Origin: an uncultured cyanobacterium
GTDB lineage: Bacteria > Cyanobacteriota > Cyanobacteriia > PCC-6307 > Cyanobiaceae
Direction: 5' to 3'
Assembly (NCBI GenBank): GCA_963697335.1
Contig: CAVONQ010000001.1
Location: 29,199-93,198 of the forward strand
Length of the DNA stretch: 64,000 nt
Below the pieces are notes generated by a model. That model was given only the letters and a program-made list of their open reading frames with translations. It was not told the DNA's origin and searched no databases. The position numbers and the translations under genes were made by a program. This document shows, piece after piece, positions 33,101-41,877 of the stretch (its first letter is position 1; each line of letters starts with the position of its first letter).

Positions 33101-33613
33101 GATGGCATCGGTAAGGTTCTGATCCAGCAGACCGCTTATCGTTTCAGTCGAATAGGAGATCTTGTCAGGATCTTCACTAACAAAGTTATAAACCAAGAGA
33201 ATGTTATTTGAGGCCTTGTTGACGACCACGCCTGACTGCCTCACCTCGTCGGGCAGGGAGGGGGTAGCAAGAGAAACCCTATTTTGAACATTCACCTGAT
33301 TGATATCACCATTTGTGCCACTCGCAAACGACACGGTGATTTCGCTGCGCCCATCCGCCGAACTGCTGGAGGTGATGAACTCCATGTTCTCGACGCCGTT
33401 GATCTGCTGCTCCAAGACGTTCGTGACCCCCTGCTCCACCGTGATCGCATCGGCCCCGCCATAAAGCGAACTCACGTTCACCGTGGGCGGAGCGATATCT
33501 GGCAGGTTCTCAACCGGGAGCAGGGGGATCGAGATCAACCCCGCAATCACGATGATCAGGCTGCACACCGTAGTGAGCACAGGCCTGACGATGAAGTTAT
33601 TGGAAGGAGACAC
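30185..33613 (-). CDS. RND efflux permease, HAE1/AcrB family
   Basis: FIVRPV start, GLVVDDAITVIE, IGLAAKNGILIVD, RLRPIIMT. Confidence 0.95.
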   Translation of the reverse strand: MSPSNNFIVRPVLTTVCSLIIVIAGLISIPLLPVENLPDIAPPTVNVSSLYGGADAITVEQGVTNVLEQQINGVENMEFITSSSSADGRSEITVSFASGTNGDINQVNVQNRVSLATPSLPDEVRQSGVVVNKASNNILLVYNFVSEDPDKISYSTETISGLLDQNLTDAIKRVPGVGDLTYFGERKLAFRLWLDPDKLTAFGLTSNDVVAALSSQNRLVPAGQVGGEPAPDGQQFTFTVQLQGRLVSEEEFNNLIIRNTPEGSIVRLRDVGRASLGGENYALNATDIRGVPSIGMAVYQLSGTNALRTSAGIKKVLDDFQAVMPVGLKMEKIYDSTDFINASIQGVLASLRDAVMLVVLILFLFLQDWKATLVPGIAIPVALVGTFALVNAFGFSLNQLTLFGLILATGLVVDDAITVIEDTSSKKAEGRTAVQAAMGTMDELFSAVIATSVVLFAVFLPVLFFPGATGTIYKQFAATIIFSVAISTFNALTFSPMLSALLLANESQPPSRRTYAIAGGVIGFVYGVLSVAGNGVVGTLLAVGIGLLVGYVAKLVTGLPLRLPSVIGGAISGLLLAGVEQPIPVVLFTALGVAAGWLTPLIFRRFNSFYGRLEGGYHDLLEWVLRHRAIVMAVLAGGVLLTGVAFSSIPGGFVPIEDQGYALGIVQLPDGGSIQVTQRINDKVGAILREEKDITAASLFSGASFDGNAPNKGLFFFGTRNWEDRPSRDQGVNAIVQRLNRRFASEIQEARVVVIEPPAISGYGQSGGFEFQLLDRSGGRYDLPEFFDLSGQIIGEANTDPVFSSTPPVRTQFSPSAPQLAIDVDRDRLASLGVDFGVAMRSFSINFGGLYVNDTFQEGKVRRVFVQADDANRATPERLKALYVSNSDGEQIPLSEFFSVRPIEGPNVVPHFNLYRSIKIEGEPAPGNSSGQAINAMQRIFESQTIQGLGFDWTGIAREEVKAGALAVVIFALGILVVYMVLAAQYESYADPLIILMTVPTAMLGALVFLGIRGEVLNIYAQVGLVMLIGLAAKNGILIVDLANQRMAAGATAIEAARQAARSRLRPIIMTAISSLFGFLPLVLASGAGARSQASLGTVVFGGLLVATVLSLLVVPVFYVVVKSLFSGNPEALTPDPESAGS

Positions 33614-33651
33614 AGGAAAACGATCGACAGGCCGCTAGGGAGCTGTGGCTT

Positions 33652-34761
33652 CTAGTTGAGTTTCACCGGGGTGCCATGGCGCAGGTTGAGCAGGTTGGTG
33701 GTGATCACCTGGCTTCCCGGACTGACACCCTCCAGCACCGCGTAGCGGTTGTTCTGGAGCGAACCAAGCTTCACCGGCGTCTGCAGGGCGTACCGGGTGC
33801 CAGGGGTGGCCTGGCTCAGTTTTTCAAGCTGGGCGATCGGGGCCTTGCCGGGCTGGCGCCGCAGATCCTCGATCGTGCCCAGCCGGAACACGAAACTCTG
33901 GCCCGAGGTCTGGGTCACGGCGGCGAAGGGAACCGCCGGCAGGGTCTGGCGCTCCAGCTCCACGAGGGTCTGGAGTCGCAGGCCGGTGCGCAGGGTGCCG
34001 GTGGGATTGGGCAGCTCCGCCTTCACCAGCAGGCCCTGGCTGGAGGCCGTCACCACCGGATCGATGAAGTCGATCCTGCCCCGCACCAGCGTGCCACTGG
34101 CATCGGGCCGCCGCACGATCACGGGCTGGCCCACCCTCACCCGGGCCGACTGGACGGCTGGGATGTCGATCCGCATCAGCAGCCGGTCGTTGCGGATCAC
34201 CTTGGTGAAGGGGGTGCCGGCCTGCACCACATCCCCCTGCTTCACCTCCAGATCACTCACCACGCCGGCGATCGGAGCCCTCAGGTTGCTGAAGGAAAGA
34301 TCGGCCTCGCGGGCCTTGACATCCTCGTTGGCCTGCAGGCAGCGGGCCCGGAAGCTGTCACGCTGAAGCACACTGGCTGCCCCTTTGGCGGCCAGGAAGT
34401 CGAAGCGGCGGAAGTCGATACAGGTATTGTCGCGCGCCTCCCTGCTGGCTGCGAGCTGGGCGCGGGCCTGGGTCTGGTCGAGCTGCAGGATCGGTTGGCC
34501 CTCCTTGACCAGTTGCCCCTCCCGCACAAGCAGGCGGTCGACACGACCGGTGGCGCGGGTGGCCAGGGACACTTCATCGAGGGCCTCCAGGGTGCCGATG
34601 GTGTCCACCGTGTCCTGGAAGGCTGCCGTTTCCACCGGCACAGCAGCAACCCCCACCACCCGCGGCGGCGGCGGCGGCGGCTGGGCGCAGCCCACAAGAA
34701 CCAATCCCGTGGAAGAGAGCGCCAGCGCCAAAGCTGCCCGGGCGCTATGCCGTTCCCGCAA
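33652..34761 (-). CDS. RND periplasmic adaptor (membrane fusion protein)
   Basis: Lipobox LVGC; GRVDRLLVREGQLVKEGQPILQLD; LRAPIAGVV. Confidence 0.92.
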   Translation of the reverse strand: MRERHSARAALALALSSTGLVLVGCAQPPPPPPRVVGVAAVPVETAAFQDTVDTIGTLEALDEVSLATRATGRVDRLLVREGQLVKEGQPILQLDQTQARAQLAASREARDNTCIDFRRFDFLAAKGAASVLQRDSFRARCLQANEDVKAREADLSFSNLRAPIAGVVSDLEVKQGDVVQAGTPFTKVIRNDRLLMRIDIPAVQSARVRVGQPVIVRRPDASGTLVRGRIDFIDPVVTASSQGLLVKAELPNPTGTLRTGLRLQTLVELERQTLPAVPFAAVTQTSGQSFVFRLGTIEDLRRQPGKAPIAQLEKLSQATPGTRYALQTPVKLGSLQNNRYAVLEGVSPGSQVITTNLLNLRHGTPVKLN

Positions 34762-34867
34762 AAGAAGCCCAAGCCACTACGGGGCAGTCTGGAGGATGGC
34801 GGTGCCTGCTGCCAGCCGACGCGGCAAGCGCCAGGATCGTCCACAGCTCACCATCGCGGCAGCCCCC

Positions 34868-37096
34868 TTGAGCGACCTGTTCAGCCATCACGGTGAGCAG
34901 CAGCGTCAGGCCCTGGCGCCGCTCGCGGACCGCCTGCGGCCCCAGGTCCTGGAGGACTTCGTGGGCCAGGAGGCGATCCTGGGGCCCGGTCGGCTGCTGC
35001 GGCGCGCCATCGCCGCCGACCGGGTGGGCAACCTGATCCTGCATGGACCACCCGGCACGGGCAAGACGACCCTGGCGCGGATCATCGCCGGCAGCACGCG
35101 CGCCCACTTCACCAGCCTCAATGCGGTGCTCTCGGGGGTAAAGGACCTGCGCAGCGCCGTGGAGGAGGCCCGCCGGCGCCTCGACCAGCACGGCTTGCGC
35201 ACGCTGCTGTTCGTCGATGAGGTGCACCGCTTCAACACCGCCCAGCAGGACGCGCTACTGCCCTGGGTGGAGAACGGCACGGTGACCCTGATCGGCGCCA
35301 CCACCGAGAACCCCTACTTCGAGGTGAACAAGGCACTGGTGAGCCGCTCGCGGCTGTTTCGGCTGCAGCCGCTGGAGGCCCCCCAGCTGCGGCAGTTGCT
35401 GGAGCGGGCCCTCCGCGACCCTGAACAGGGCTATGGCCGGCTGGTGGTGCAGGTCAGTGCCGAGGCCGCCGATCACCTGGTGGATGTGGCCGGTGGCGAT
35501 GCCCGCAGCCTGCTCAATGCCCTGGAGCTGGCGGTGGAGACCACCCCGCCCGGGCCCGAGGGGACGATCCAGATCGATCTGGCGATCGCCGAGGAGTCGA
35601 TCCAGCAGCGGGCCGTGCTCTACGACAAGCAGGGTGACGCCCACTTCGACACGATCAGTGCCTTCATCAAGGCGCTGCGCGGCAGCGATGCCGATGCGGC
35701 CCTGTTCTGGCTGGCCCGGATGGTGGAGGCGGGGGAGAACCCCCGCTTCATTTTCCGGCGCATGCTGATCGCGGCCGGGGAGGACGTGGGCCTGGCCGAT
35801 CCCCAGGCGGTGGTGGTGGTGGAGGCCTGCGCCGCCGCCTTCGAGCGGGTGGGGCTGCCGGAGGGCCTCTACCCCCTCGCCCAGGCAGCGCTCTACCTGG
35901 CCGCCACCGAGAAGAGCAACAGCGTGCTCGGGTTCTTTGACGCCCTCAAGTGCGTGCGTCAGGCCAATCGCCAGCAGGTGCCATCCCATCTGCGCGACGC
36001 CAATCGCGATGGCGAGGCCTTCGGTGACGGCATCGGCTACCGCTATCCCCATGCCTACGCGGAGCACTGGGTGGCGCAGCAATACCTGCCCGACAGCCTC
36101 CAGGGGCAGCTGTTCTGGCAGCCCGGGGGCCTCGGTTGGGAGGGGGGGCGGCGGCAACGCCTGCAGCAGCGCCGGGCCGCCCAGCTGGCTGCGGCTGCTG
36201 AGAATGCGGCCGAGGGGGGAGAGGTCCTCAGCGGCAGTCCGGAGGACCCTCACCTGGAGCGCTGGCTGCAGCGGCAGGCCGCGGCCGAGGGCGCCCGCCT
36301 CGATCAGCTGCGCCGACGGTTCTGGGCGGGGGCCCGCTGGCAGCGCCATGACCGGGTGCTGATCCTGGAGGCCCACTCCCTGTTGTGGGCCCTCGATCCC
36401 CTCGAGGCCACCCCCGAGGGCGGCGTGGTGATGACCGTGGCCAGCGAGGCCGAACGGGAGCGGCTCGCCGCCCAGCTGCAGGTGCTCGATGCCCTGCGCC
36501 GCCCGGAGATTCTGGTGGTGCCGTCCCACGACCCCACCGCCCTGCTGCAGGCGCTCGGCGCCAGGGCCGCCGGGCGCTTCGAGTGGATCGCAGCACGCCA
36601 TCCCTGGCGTCAGGCCAGCGCTCCGGTGCTGACCGCGTGGATCAAAGCCCTGGTGCCGCTGCTGAGCACGGGCGGCCAGGGCCGGCTGCTGTTCAGCCAG
36701 CCGCAGCTGGGCCCGGCAGAGGCACTGCAGCGCAGCTGGCCCAGCGGCACGCCACCGGCAGCGCTGGCCAGAATCGTGCGCGCCGAACGGCAGGCCCTGG
36801 CCCCCAGCCAGCCCCCCCTCGCAGCCCTGGAGCAGTTGTTGCAGGACCACGGGGCAAGCGTGGAGCGGGAGCGCTGGGACGAGGCCCTCCAGCTCACCCT
36901 GGACAGCGTCCGCATCGAGCGTTGGCTGGCACCGAAGAGCCGCTTCCGCGAGGGCCTGGGGGCCCAACTCGAGACGGCTGAGGCAGCAACGGCCCTGGAG
37001 ACGATCGCCACACTGCTTCGGCAGAACCTGGGTCGTTCCCTGCCCCAGACCCTCACCCACTCCCTCCTTCAGGTGGGGGCGCCAGGGCGCGCTTGA
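34868..37096 (+). CDS. rarA: replication-associated recombination AAA+ ATPase (RarA/MgsA) with long C-terminal extension
   Basis: PLADRLRP, GPPGTGKTT, FVDEVHRFN, GATTENP, EDVGLADP, YRYPH; TTG start at 34868. Confidence 0.9.
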   Translation: MSDLFSHHGEQQRQALAPLADRLRPQVLEDFVGQEAILGPGRLLRRAIAADRVGNLILHGPPGTGKTTLARIIAGSTRAHFTSLNAVLSGVKDLRSAVEEARRRLDQHGLRTLLFVDEVHRFNTAQQDALLPWVENGTVTLIGATTENPYFEVNKALVSRSRLFRLQPLEAPQLRQLLERALRDPEQGYGRLVVQVSAEAADHLVDVAGGDARSLLNALELAVETTPPGPEGTIQIDLAIAEESIQQRAVLYDKQGDAHFDTISAFIKALRGSDADAALFWLARMVEAGENPRFIFRRMLIAAGEDVGLADPQAVVVVEACAAAFERVGLPEGLYPLAQAALYLAATEKSNSVLGFFDALKCVRQANRQQVPSHLRDANRDGEAFGDGIGYRYPHAYAEHWVAQQYLPDSLQGQLFWQPGGLGWEGGRRQRLQQRRAAQLAAAAENAAEGGEVLSGSPEDPHLERWLQRQAAAEGARLDQLRRRFWAGARWQRHDRVLILEAHSLLWALDPLEATPEGGVVMTVASEAERERLAAQLQVLDALRRPEILVVPSHDPTALLQALGARAAGRFEWIAARHPWRQASAPVLTAWIKALVPLLSTGGQGRLLFSQPQLGPAEALQRSWPSGTPPAALARIVRAERQALAPSQPPLAALEQLLQDHGASVERERWDEALQLTLDSVRIERWLAPKSRFREGLGAQLETAEAATALETIATLLRQNLGRSLPQTLTHSLLQVGAPGRA

Positions 37097-37106
37097 GCAA
37101 CAAGAA

Positions 37107-37127
37107 GCCCCGGGGATGACCCGGGGC
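37107..37127 (-). terminator. hairpin terminator between convergent genes
   Basis: GCCCCGGG-GATGA-CCCGGGGC stem followed on the minus strand by TTCTTGTT. Confidence 0.7.
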
Positions 37128-37176
37128 AGGCAGAGCGCTGATCAGCGCTGAGGAAGGATGGCCCTGGGGCCGAGGC

Positions 37177-37851
37177 TCACCAGAGGCCGCGGATCGGCAT
37201 GGGCTGGGCCATGGGGGCCGGGGCGGGGGTTGTGGTGCGCACCTCGGCCACGGGATCGGCCATCTGGTTGGCCTGGATGCAGGCCGGCAGGAACACGTAC
37301 CAGGAGAGCAGGGAGGTGCACTGGGCATCACCCTGGCAACGACCCTCGGCGCAGACGTTCTGGGCGCCGGTGTAGGTGCCGCAGAAATCGGCCAGACGCA
37401 TGTCCGTAGGCAGGGCGGTCATGATGCCGGCCGAGGAGATTTCGCCATCGCGGGCGTCCTCGATGATCGCGGAGCGCAACGCCTGCACGGCGTAGGTGTT
37501 CATGCTCCAGTACGGGAAGTAGCTGGTGGACTGGTTCTTGAGGAACTTGACGCCGTCATCGGAGTAGAGGAAGCGGCTGACGCCGACTAGGTCCACGTCG
37601 TAGGTCTTCTTCATGCCGTCACGAACCTCGTCGGCCGTCCAGCCGGAGTTCTTGAGTCCGCCCTGGAGGCCGCGGTCGGTGACATCACCGGTTTCCAGGT
37701 AGGTGTCCATGGCGCCCTGGTTGGTCGACCAGACCGCACCACCGGTGTTCCAGCGAACGGGCAGATCGTTGTCAACAGCAGCCGAGGCGGGCAGGGCGGA
37801 CGAGGACAGGGCCGCACCAACGAACAGGCCGGCCAGCAGGTGCTTGATCAC
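37177..37851 (-). CDS. exported protein, DUF1400-like
   Basis: Signal peptide (LPASA); strongly biased codons; SRFLYSDDGVKFL...ALRSAII..ARDGEIS resembles DUF1400; Cys-rich C-terminus. Confidence 0.6.
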   Translation of the reverse strand: MIKHLLAGLFVGAALSSSALPASAAVDNDLPVRWNTGGAVWSTNQGAMDTYLETGDVTDRGLQGGLKNSGWTADEVRDGMKKTYDVDLVGVSRFLYSDDGVKFLKNQSTSYFPYWSMNTYAVQALRSAIIEDARDGEISSAGIMTALPTDMRLADFCGTYTGAQNVCAEGRCQGDAQCTSLLSWYVFLPACIQANQMADPVAEVRTTTPAPAPMAQPMPIRGLW

Positions 37852-38027
37852 GTGATTTGAATCAATTCATACATCAACGTAGCCATGACTGACACCCTTG
37901 ACATTCCGGCGCAAGAGGTGTCAACAAACCGACACCCATGCCCCTGGCAGCCTGGAGCACCGGGCCACCGCATCACCGGCCACCGGGGCGGGCTCGTAAC
38001 CTCACTCCACTCGTACCTGCCTCCGCG

Positions 38028-38495
38028 ATGGCCCTCACGATCGGCGATGCCGCCCCGGATTTCAGCCTGCCTGATCAGAACGGAACGGTCGTGAGTCTGG
38101 AAAGCTTCAGGGGCAAAAGGGTGGTGGTGTACTTCTACCCCAAGGACGACACTCCGGGCTGCACCAAGGAAGCCTGCAACTTCCGCGACCAGTGGAGCGC
38201 TTTCGCCGAGCACGACATCGCGGTGCTGGGGATCAGCAAGGACGGCGCGGCCAGCCACGCCAAGTTCATCGCCAAGTACACCCTGCCCTTCACCCTGCTC
38301 AGCGACGCCGAACCCTGCCCCGTGGCCACGGCCTACGAGAGCTACGGCCTCAAGACCTTCATGGGCCGCGAATACATGGGCATGATGCGCCACACCTTCG
38401 TGATCGATGCCGAGGGCAAGCTGGAGCGGATCTACACCAAGGTGAAGGCCGACAGCATGGCCGACACCATCCTCAGCGACCTGGGGCTGGCCTGA
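38028..38495 (+). CDS. bcp: thioredoxin-dependent thiol peroxidase (BCP/PrxQ)
   Basis: YFYPKDDTPGCTKEACNFRD. Confidence 0.95.
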   Translation: MALTIGDAAPDFSLPDQNGTVVSLESFRGKRVVVYFYPKDDTPGCTKEACNFRDQWSAFAEHDIAVLGISKDGAASHAKFIAKYTLPFTLLSDAEPCPVATAYESYGLKTFMGREYMGMMRHTFVIDAEGKLERIYTKVKADSMADTILSDLGLA

Positions 38496-39198
38496 GCCGG
38501 GCCAGGGCCCGCAGGGCCAGATCCGGGTCGGCGCCACGACCCAGCAGGGTGGCGAGTTCAGCGCCATCACCGCCGGTGATCCAGAGGGCACAGCCCGGCG
38601 AGAGCTGGCAGGCGTCGCGCCAGGCCAACTCCACGGCCGCGGCCAGTCCCCGCAGCACCCCAGAGCGCATGGCCTGGGCGGTGTCGCAGGGCCAGGGATC
38701 CAGGGGAGCCGGCCGTGGCTTGTCCGACCCCAACGGGACCATGGCGGGCGGCAGGGCAGGCAGATGGGCCGTGGCAGCCGCCAGGGCACGCCACTGGAGG
38801 GCCGCCCCTGCCAGGATTCGGCCGCCGGCAAAATGGCCGTCACCGCCCACCCGGGTGAGGCTTAAGGCCGTGCCGGCATCGGCCACCAGCACCGGCCCGG
38901 CACTCTGCTGCCAGGCCTGCCAGCCCACCAGGGCCCGATCGACCCCGAGCCAGGGGGGAGCCGCGGCGAGCGGCACGTGCTCCAGGCCCAGGCGCGTGGC
39001 CGGATCGAGCCCCAGCTCCCCAGCCACGGGCCCCACTGCACACCAGGCCGTCGGCGCCCTACTGGGCTCGGCCTCTTGGCCAGGGGGGGCACTCCAGCAG
39101 TGCAGCTGATCGAGGCCGCCCCGAGCCCAGTGCCAGCGACTGTTGCCGATCAGAAGCCAGAGGCCTGGAGCAACCGCCGCAGGATCAGATCCCCTCAC
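38473..39198 (-). CDS. coaX: type III pantothenate kinase
   Basis: IGNSRWHW, LGVDRAL, VADAGTALS, ITGGDG. Confidence 0.88.
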   Translation of the reverse strand: MRGSDPAAVAPGLWLLIGNSRWHWARGGLDQLHCWSAPPGQEAEPSRAPTAWCAVGPVAGELGLDPATRLGLEHVPLAAAPPWLGVDRALVGWQAWQQSAGPVLVADAGTALSLTRVGGDGHFAGGRILAGAALQWRALAAATAHLPALPPAMVPLGSDKPRPAPLDPWPCDTAQAMRSGVLRGLAAAVELAWRDACQLSPGCALWITGGDGAELATLLGRGADPDLALRALARLRPAPGR

Positions 39199-39952
39199 CC
39201 ATCAACCCAGGCAGGTGGATGCCGCATTCCTGCTGAAGCCCACCGAACCGGGTGGAGCGCCCAGGGCTGGAACCGTCGTCAGGTCCACTGGAGTGCCAGT
39301 CACCGACACTGGAGTAGCCCTGGGCAAACAGGGGGTGCTGGGGCAGCTGGTGCTTCTCCATGTAGTAGTACACATCGCGGTTGCTCCAGTGGAGCAGGGG
39401 CCGCAGGGCCCACCGGTTCCGAACGGCATCCAGCACCTCCATGCCACGGCGGTGGTCGGTCTGGGTCCCGCGCACCCCACTGGCCCAGCAGGCAACATTG
39501 CGTTCCCGCAGGGCCTGATCCAGCGGCTCCACCTTGCGGATGCGGTGGTAGGTCTCCAGGTCCTCGACCCGGCCGGTCTCCCAGAGGCGGCCGTGCAGGG
39601 CCTCCATGCGAGCGGGGCTGAGGCCGGCCTGGGCCACATGCAGATCGAAGCTCAGCAGCCCGCGAAGCTGCTCGGCGTAGTGATAAGTCTCGGCGGGGAG
39701 ATAGCCGGTGTCGACCCAGATCACGGGCACCCGCAGATGGCGTTGCTGCCCCAGGGTGCTCACCATGTGCAGCAGCACCGCCGATTGGATGCCGAAGCTG
39801 GTGGTGATGGCGAAACCGTCGCCGAACATGTCCAGTGCCCAGGCCAACTGCTCCTGGGGAGACAATCCCACCAGACAGCGCCGGGACAGCTCCAGGGACA
39901 CCACCTGGCCGCTGCGGTCGGTGGGCAGGGTTGGGGCCTGTGCAATCACCAT
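39185..39952 (-). CDS. cysH: phosphoadenylyl-sulfate (PAPS) reductase
   Basis: TSFGIQS, DTGYL, RIRKVEPL, GYSSVGD, ECGIH; lacks the CC/CxxC of Fe-S APS reductases. Confidence 0.93.
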   Translation of the reverse strand: MVIAQAPTLPTDRSGQVVSLELSRRCLVGLSPQEQLAWALDMFGDGFAITTSFGIQSAVLLHMVSTLGQQRHLRVPVIWVDTGYLPAETYHYAEQLRGLLSFDLHVAQAGLSPARMEALHGRLWETGRVEDLETYHRIRKVEPLDQALRERNVACWASGVRGTQTDHRRGMEVLDAVRNRWALRPLLHWSNRDVYYYMEKHQLPQHPLFAQGYSSVGDWHSSGPDDGSSPGRSTRFGGLQQECGIHLPGLMGEGI

Positions 39953-40025
39953 GAATCCATCATCACCCCTGGGCCAGGCCCCTGGTTAGGGTTCCGGATG
40001 TGTGTGGGCGCCCCCCTACCAAGCC

Positions 40026-41249
40026 ATGACGGCCACCACGGATGCGCCCGAGCAAAGCCGAGCCGCCCAGGCCAGTGCCCCGGTGGTGATCGTGGGTGGG
40101 GGCTTCGCCGGTCTGTACACCGCCCTGGCACTCGCCGAGCAGCGGCAGCCTCCACCGGTGCTGCTGATCGAGCCGAACGATCGCTTCGTGTTCCTGCCGC
40201 TCCTCTATGAACTGCTCAGCGGCGAGCTGCGCGGCTGGGAGATCGCGCCCCGCTACGACGCCTTGCTGGCCAGCAAGGGGATCGCCTGGCTGCGGGACCG
40301 GGTGACCCACATCGACAGCATGGCCAGGCAGGTCACCACCAGTGGGGGCCGCCGCCTGAACTTCGGCCAGGTGGTGGTGACCACGGGGGGGGACACCAGC
40401 AGCTTCGGCATACCGGGGGTGGAGGAGCATGCCCTCGGCTTCCGCAGCCTGGAAGATGTCGAGCACCTGCAGCGCCTGGTGCAGCAGCTGCGCGCCCAGC
40501 AGCACCCCCTGCAACGGTTGGCCATCGTGGGTGCTGGTCCAAGCGGGGTCGAGCTGGCCTGCAAGCTCTCCGACCTGCTGGGCGGCACGGCCCTGGTGGA
40601 ACTGATCGAGCAGGCCGGCGAGCCGCTGCAACAGGCCAAGGCCTTCAATCGGGAGCAGGCTGTGCGGGCCCTGCAGCTGCGGGACGTGCGGCTGCGCACC
40701 CACACCCGGGTCCGCGAGGTGGGAGCCAGCCGACTGGAGCTGGAGGGCCCCACCGGAGCCGAAACTCTGGCCGTGCAGGCCACGGTCTGGACCGCCGGCC
40801 TGGCCTTCCAGCCGCCGTCAATCGAGCCGGCGCCGGCCTGTGACCAGCGCGGACGGCTGTTGTGTGATGACAACCTGCGCCTGCAGGGCTGCACCGACCT
40901 GTTTGCCGCTGGGGACATCGCCGGCGTCAAGAGCGGCGAGAGCGACCTTCCGGCCAACGCCCAGGTGGCTTTTCAGCAGGCCACCTGCCTGGCGGCCAAC
41001 CTGATGCGCGCCAGGGCGGGGGAGCCCCTGCAGCCTTTCGGGTTCCGCGATCTCGGCGAGATGATGAGCCTGGGCGTGGGCGACGCCAGCCTGGTGGGGG
41101 GCGGTGTGACCCTCGCCGGCCCGGCCGCCTTCCAGTTGCGCCGCCTGGCCTACCTCACCCGGCTGCCCGGACGCAGCCACCAGCTGCGGGTTGCCGCCGG
41201 CTGGCTGGCCGACTGGAGCCCTGCAGCCGCGGCCGTGCATGGCAGCTGA
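40026..41249 (+). CDS. type II NADH dehydrogenase-like FAD oxidoreductase (NdbB-like)
   Basis: IVGGGFAGL, FLPLLYEL, IVGAGPSGVELA, FAAGD, PANAQVAFQQA. Confidence 0.85.
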   Translation: MTATTDAPEQSRAAQASAPVVIVGGGFAGLYTALALAEQRQPPPVLLIEPNDRFVFLPLLYELLSGELRGWEIAPRYDALLASKGIAWLRDRVTHIDSMARQVTTSGGRRLNFGQVVVTTGGDTSSFGIPGVEEHALGFRSLEDVEHLQRLVQQLRAQQHPLQRLAIVGAGPSGVELACKLSDLLGGTALVELIEQAGEPLQQAKAFNREQAVRALQLRDVRLRTHTRVREVGASRLELEGPTGAETLAVQATVWTAGLAFQPPSIEPAPACDQRGRLLCDDNLRLQGCTDLFAAGDIAGVKSGESDLPANAQVAFQQATCLAANLMRARAGEPLQPFGFRDLGEMMSLGVGDASLVGGGVTLAGPAAFQLRRLAYLTRLPGRSHQLRVAAGWLADWSPAAAAVHGS

Positions 41250-41877
41250 GCGCCCGAGGGGCCTGTTGCTGGATGCCATGGGCACCCTGATCGGCCTGCG
41301 CCGATCGGTGGGCCACACCTATGCCGCCGCGGCCTGCCGCCATGGGCTGAGCCTCGATGCTGAGGCCCTGAACGCGGCCTTCCGAAGGGCGTTTGCGGCT
41401 GCCCCGCCCCTGGCCTTTCCCTCGCTCCAGGGCGCTGCCCTGCGCCAGGCCGAGCAGAACTGGTGGACGGCGCGGGTGAACGCCACCCTGGCGGCCGTGG
41501 GCGTGGAACGCCCCCCCGCAGACCTGGGCCCGGAGCTGTTCCATTGCTTTGCCGACGCCGCCCTCTGGCAGCCCTATCCCGAAGTGCCCTCTCTGCTGCA
41601 GCGCTGGCATGGGCAGGGCCTGAAGCTGGCGGTGGTGAGCAACTTCGACAGTCGGCTGGAGCCCCTGCTGGAGCAGCTCGGGCTGCGCCGCTGGCTGGAC
41701 GCCGTAGTGGTGTCAAGTGCCGCGGGGGCCGCCAAACCGGAGCCCGCGCCGCTGCTGCTGGCCCTGGGGCAGCTGGCGTTACATGGCTCAGCTGTGTGGC
41801 ACGTGGGCGACAGCCACGAAGACGAAGCGGCCGCGGCGGCTGCGGGACTGCGCTGTGTGCGGGTGCAACGACCTTGA
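41239..41877 (+). CDS. HAD-superfamily hydrolase
   Basis: LLDAMGTL, VVSNFD, KPEP, HVGDS..D motifs I-IV. Confidence 0.9.
   Translation: MAAERPRGLLLDAMGTLIGLRRSVGHTYAAAACRHGLSLDAEALNAAFRRAFAAAPPLAFPSLQGAALRQAEQNWWTARVNATLAAVGVERPPADLGPELFHCFADAALWQPYPEVPSLLQRWHGQGLKLAVVSNFDSRLEPLLEQLGLRRWLDAVVVSSAAGAAKPEPAPLLLALGQLALHGSAVWHVGDSHEDEAAAAAAGLRCVRVQRP

Noticed and set aside
34385..34867. 903-aa RarA start at 34385
   Set aside because: It overlaps the MFP gene on the opposite strand; RarA homology begins at SDLF...PLADRLRP (34868)
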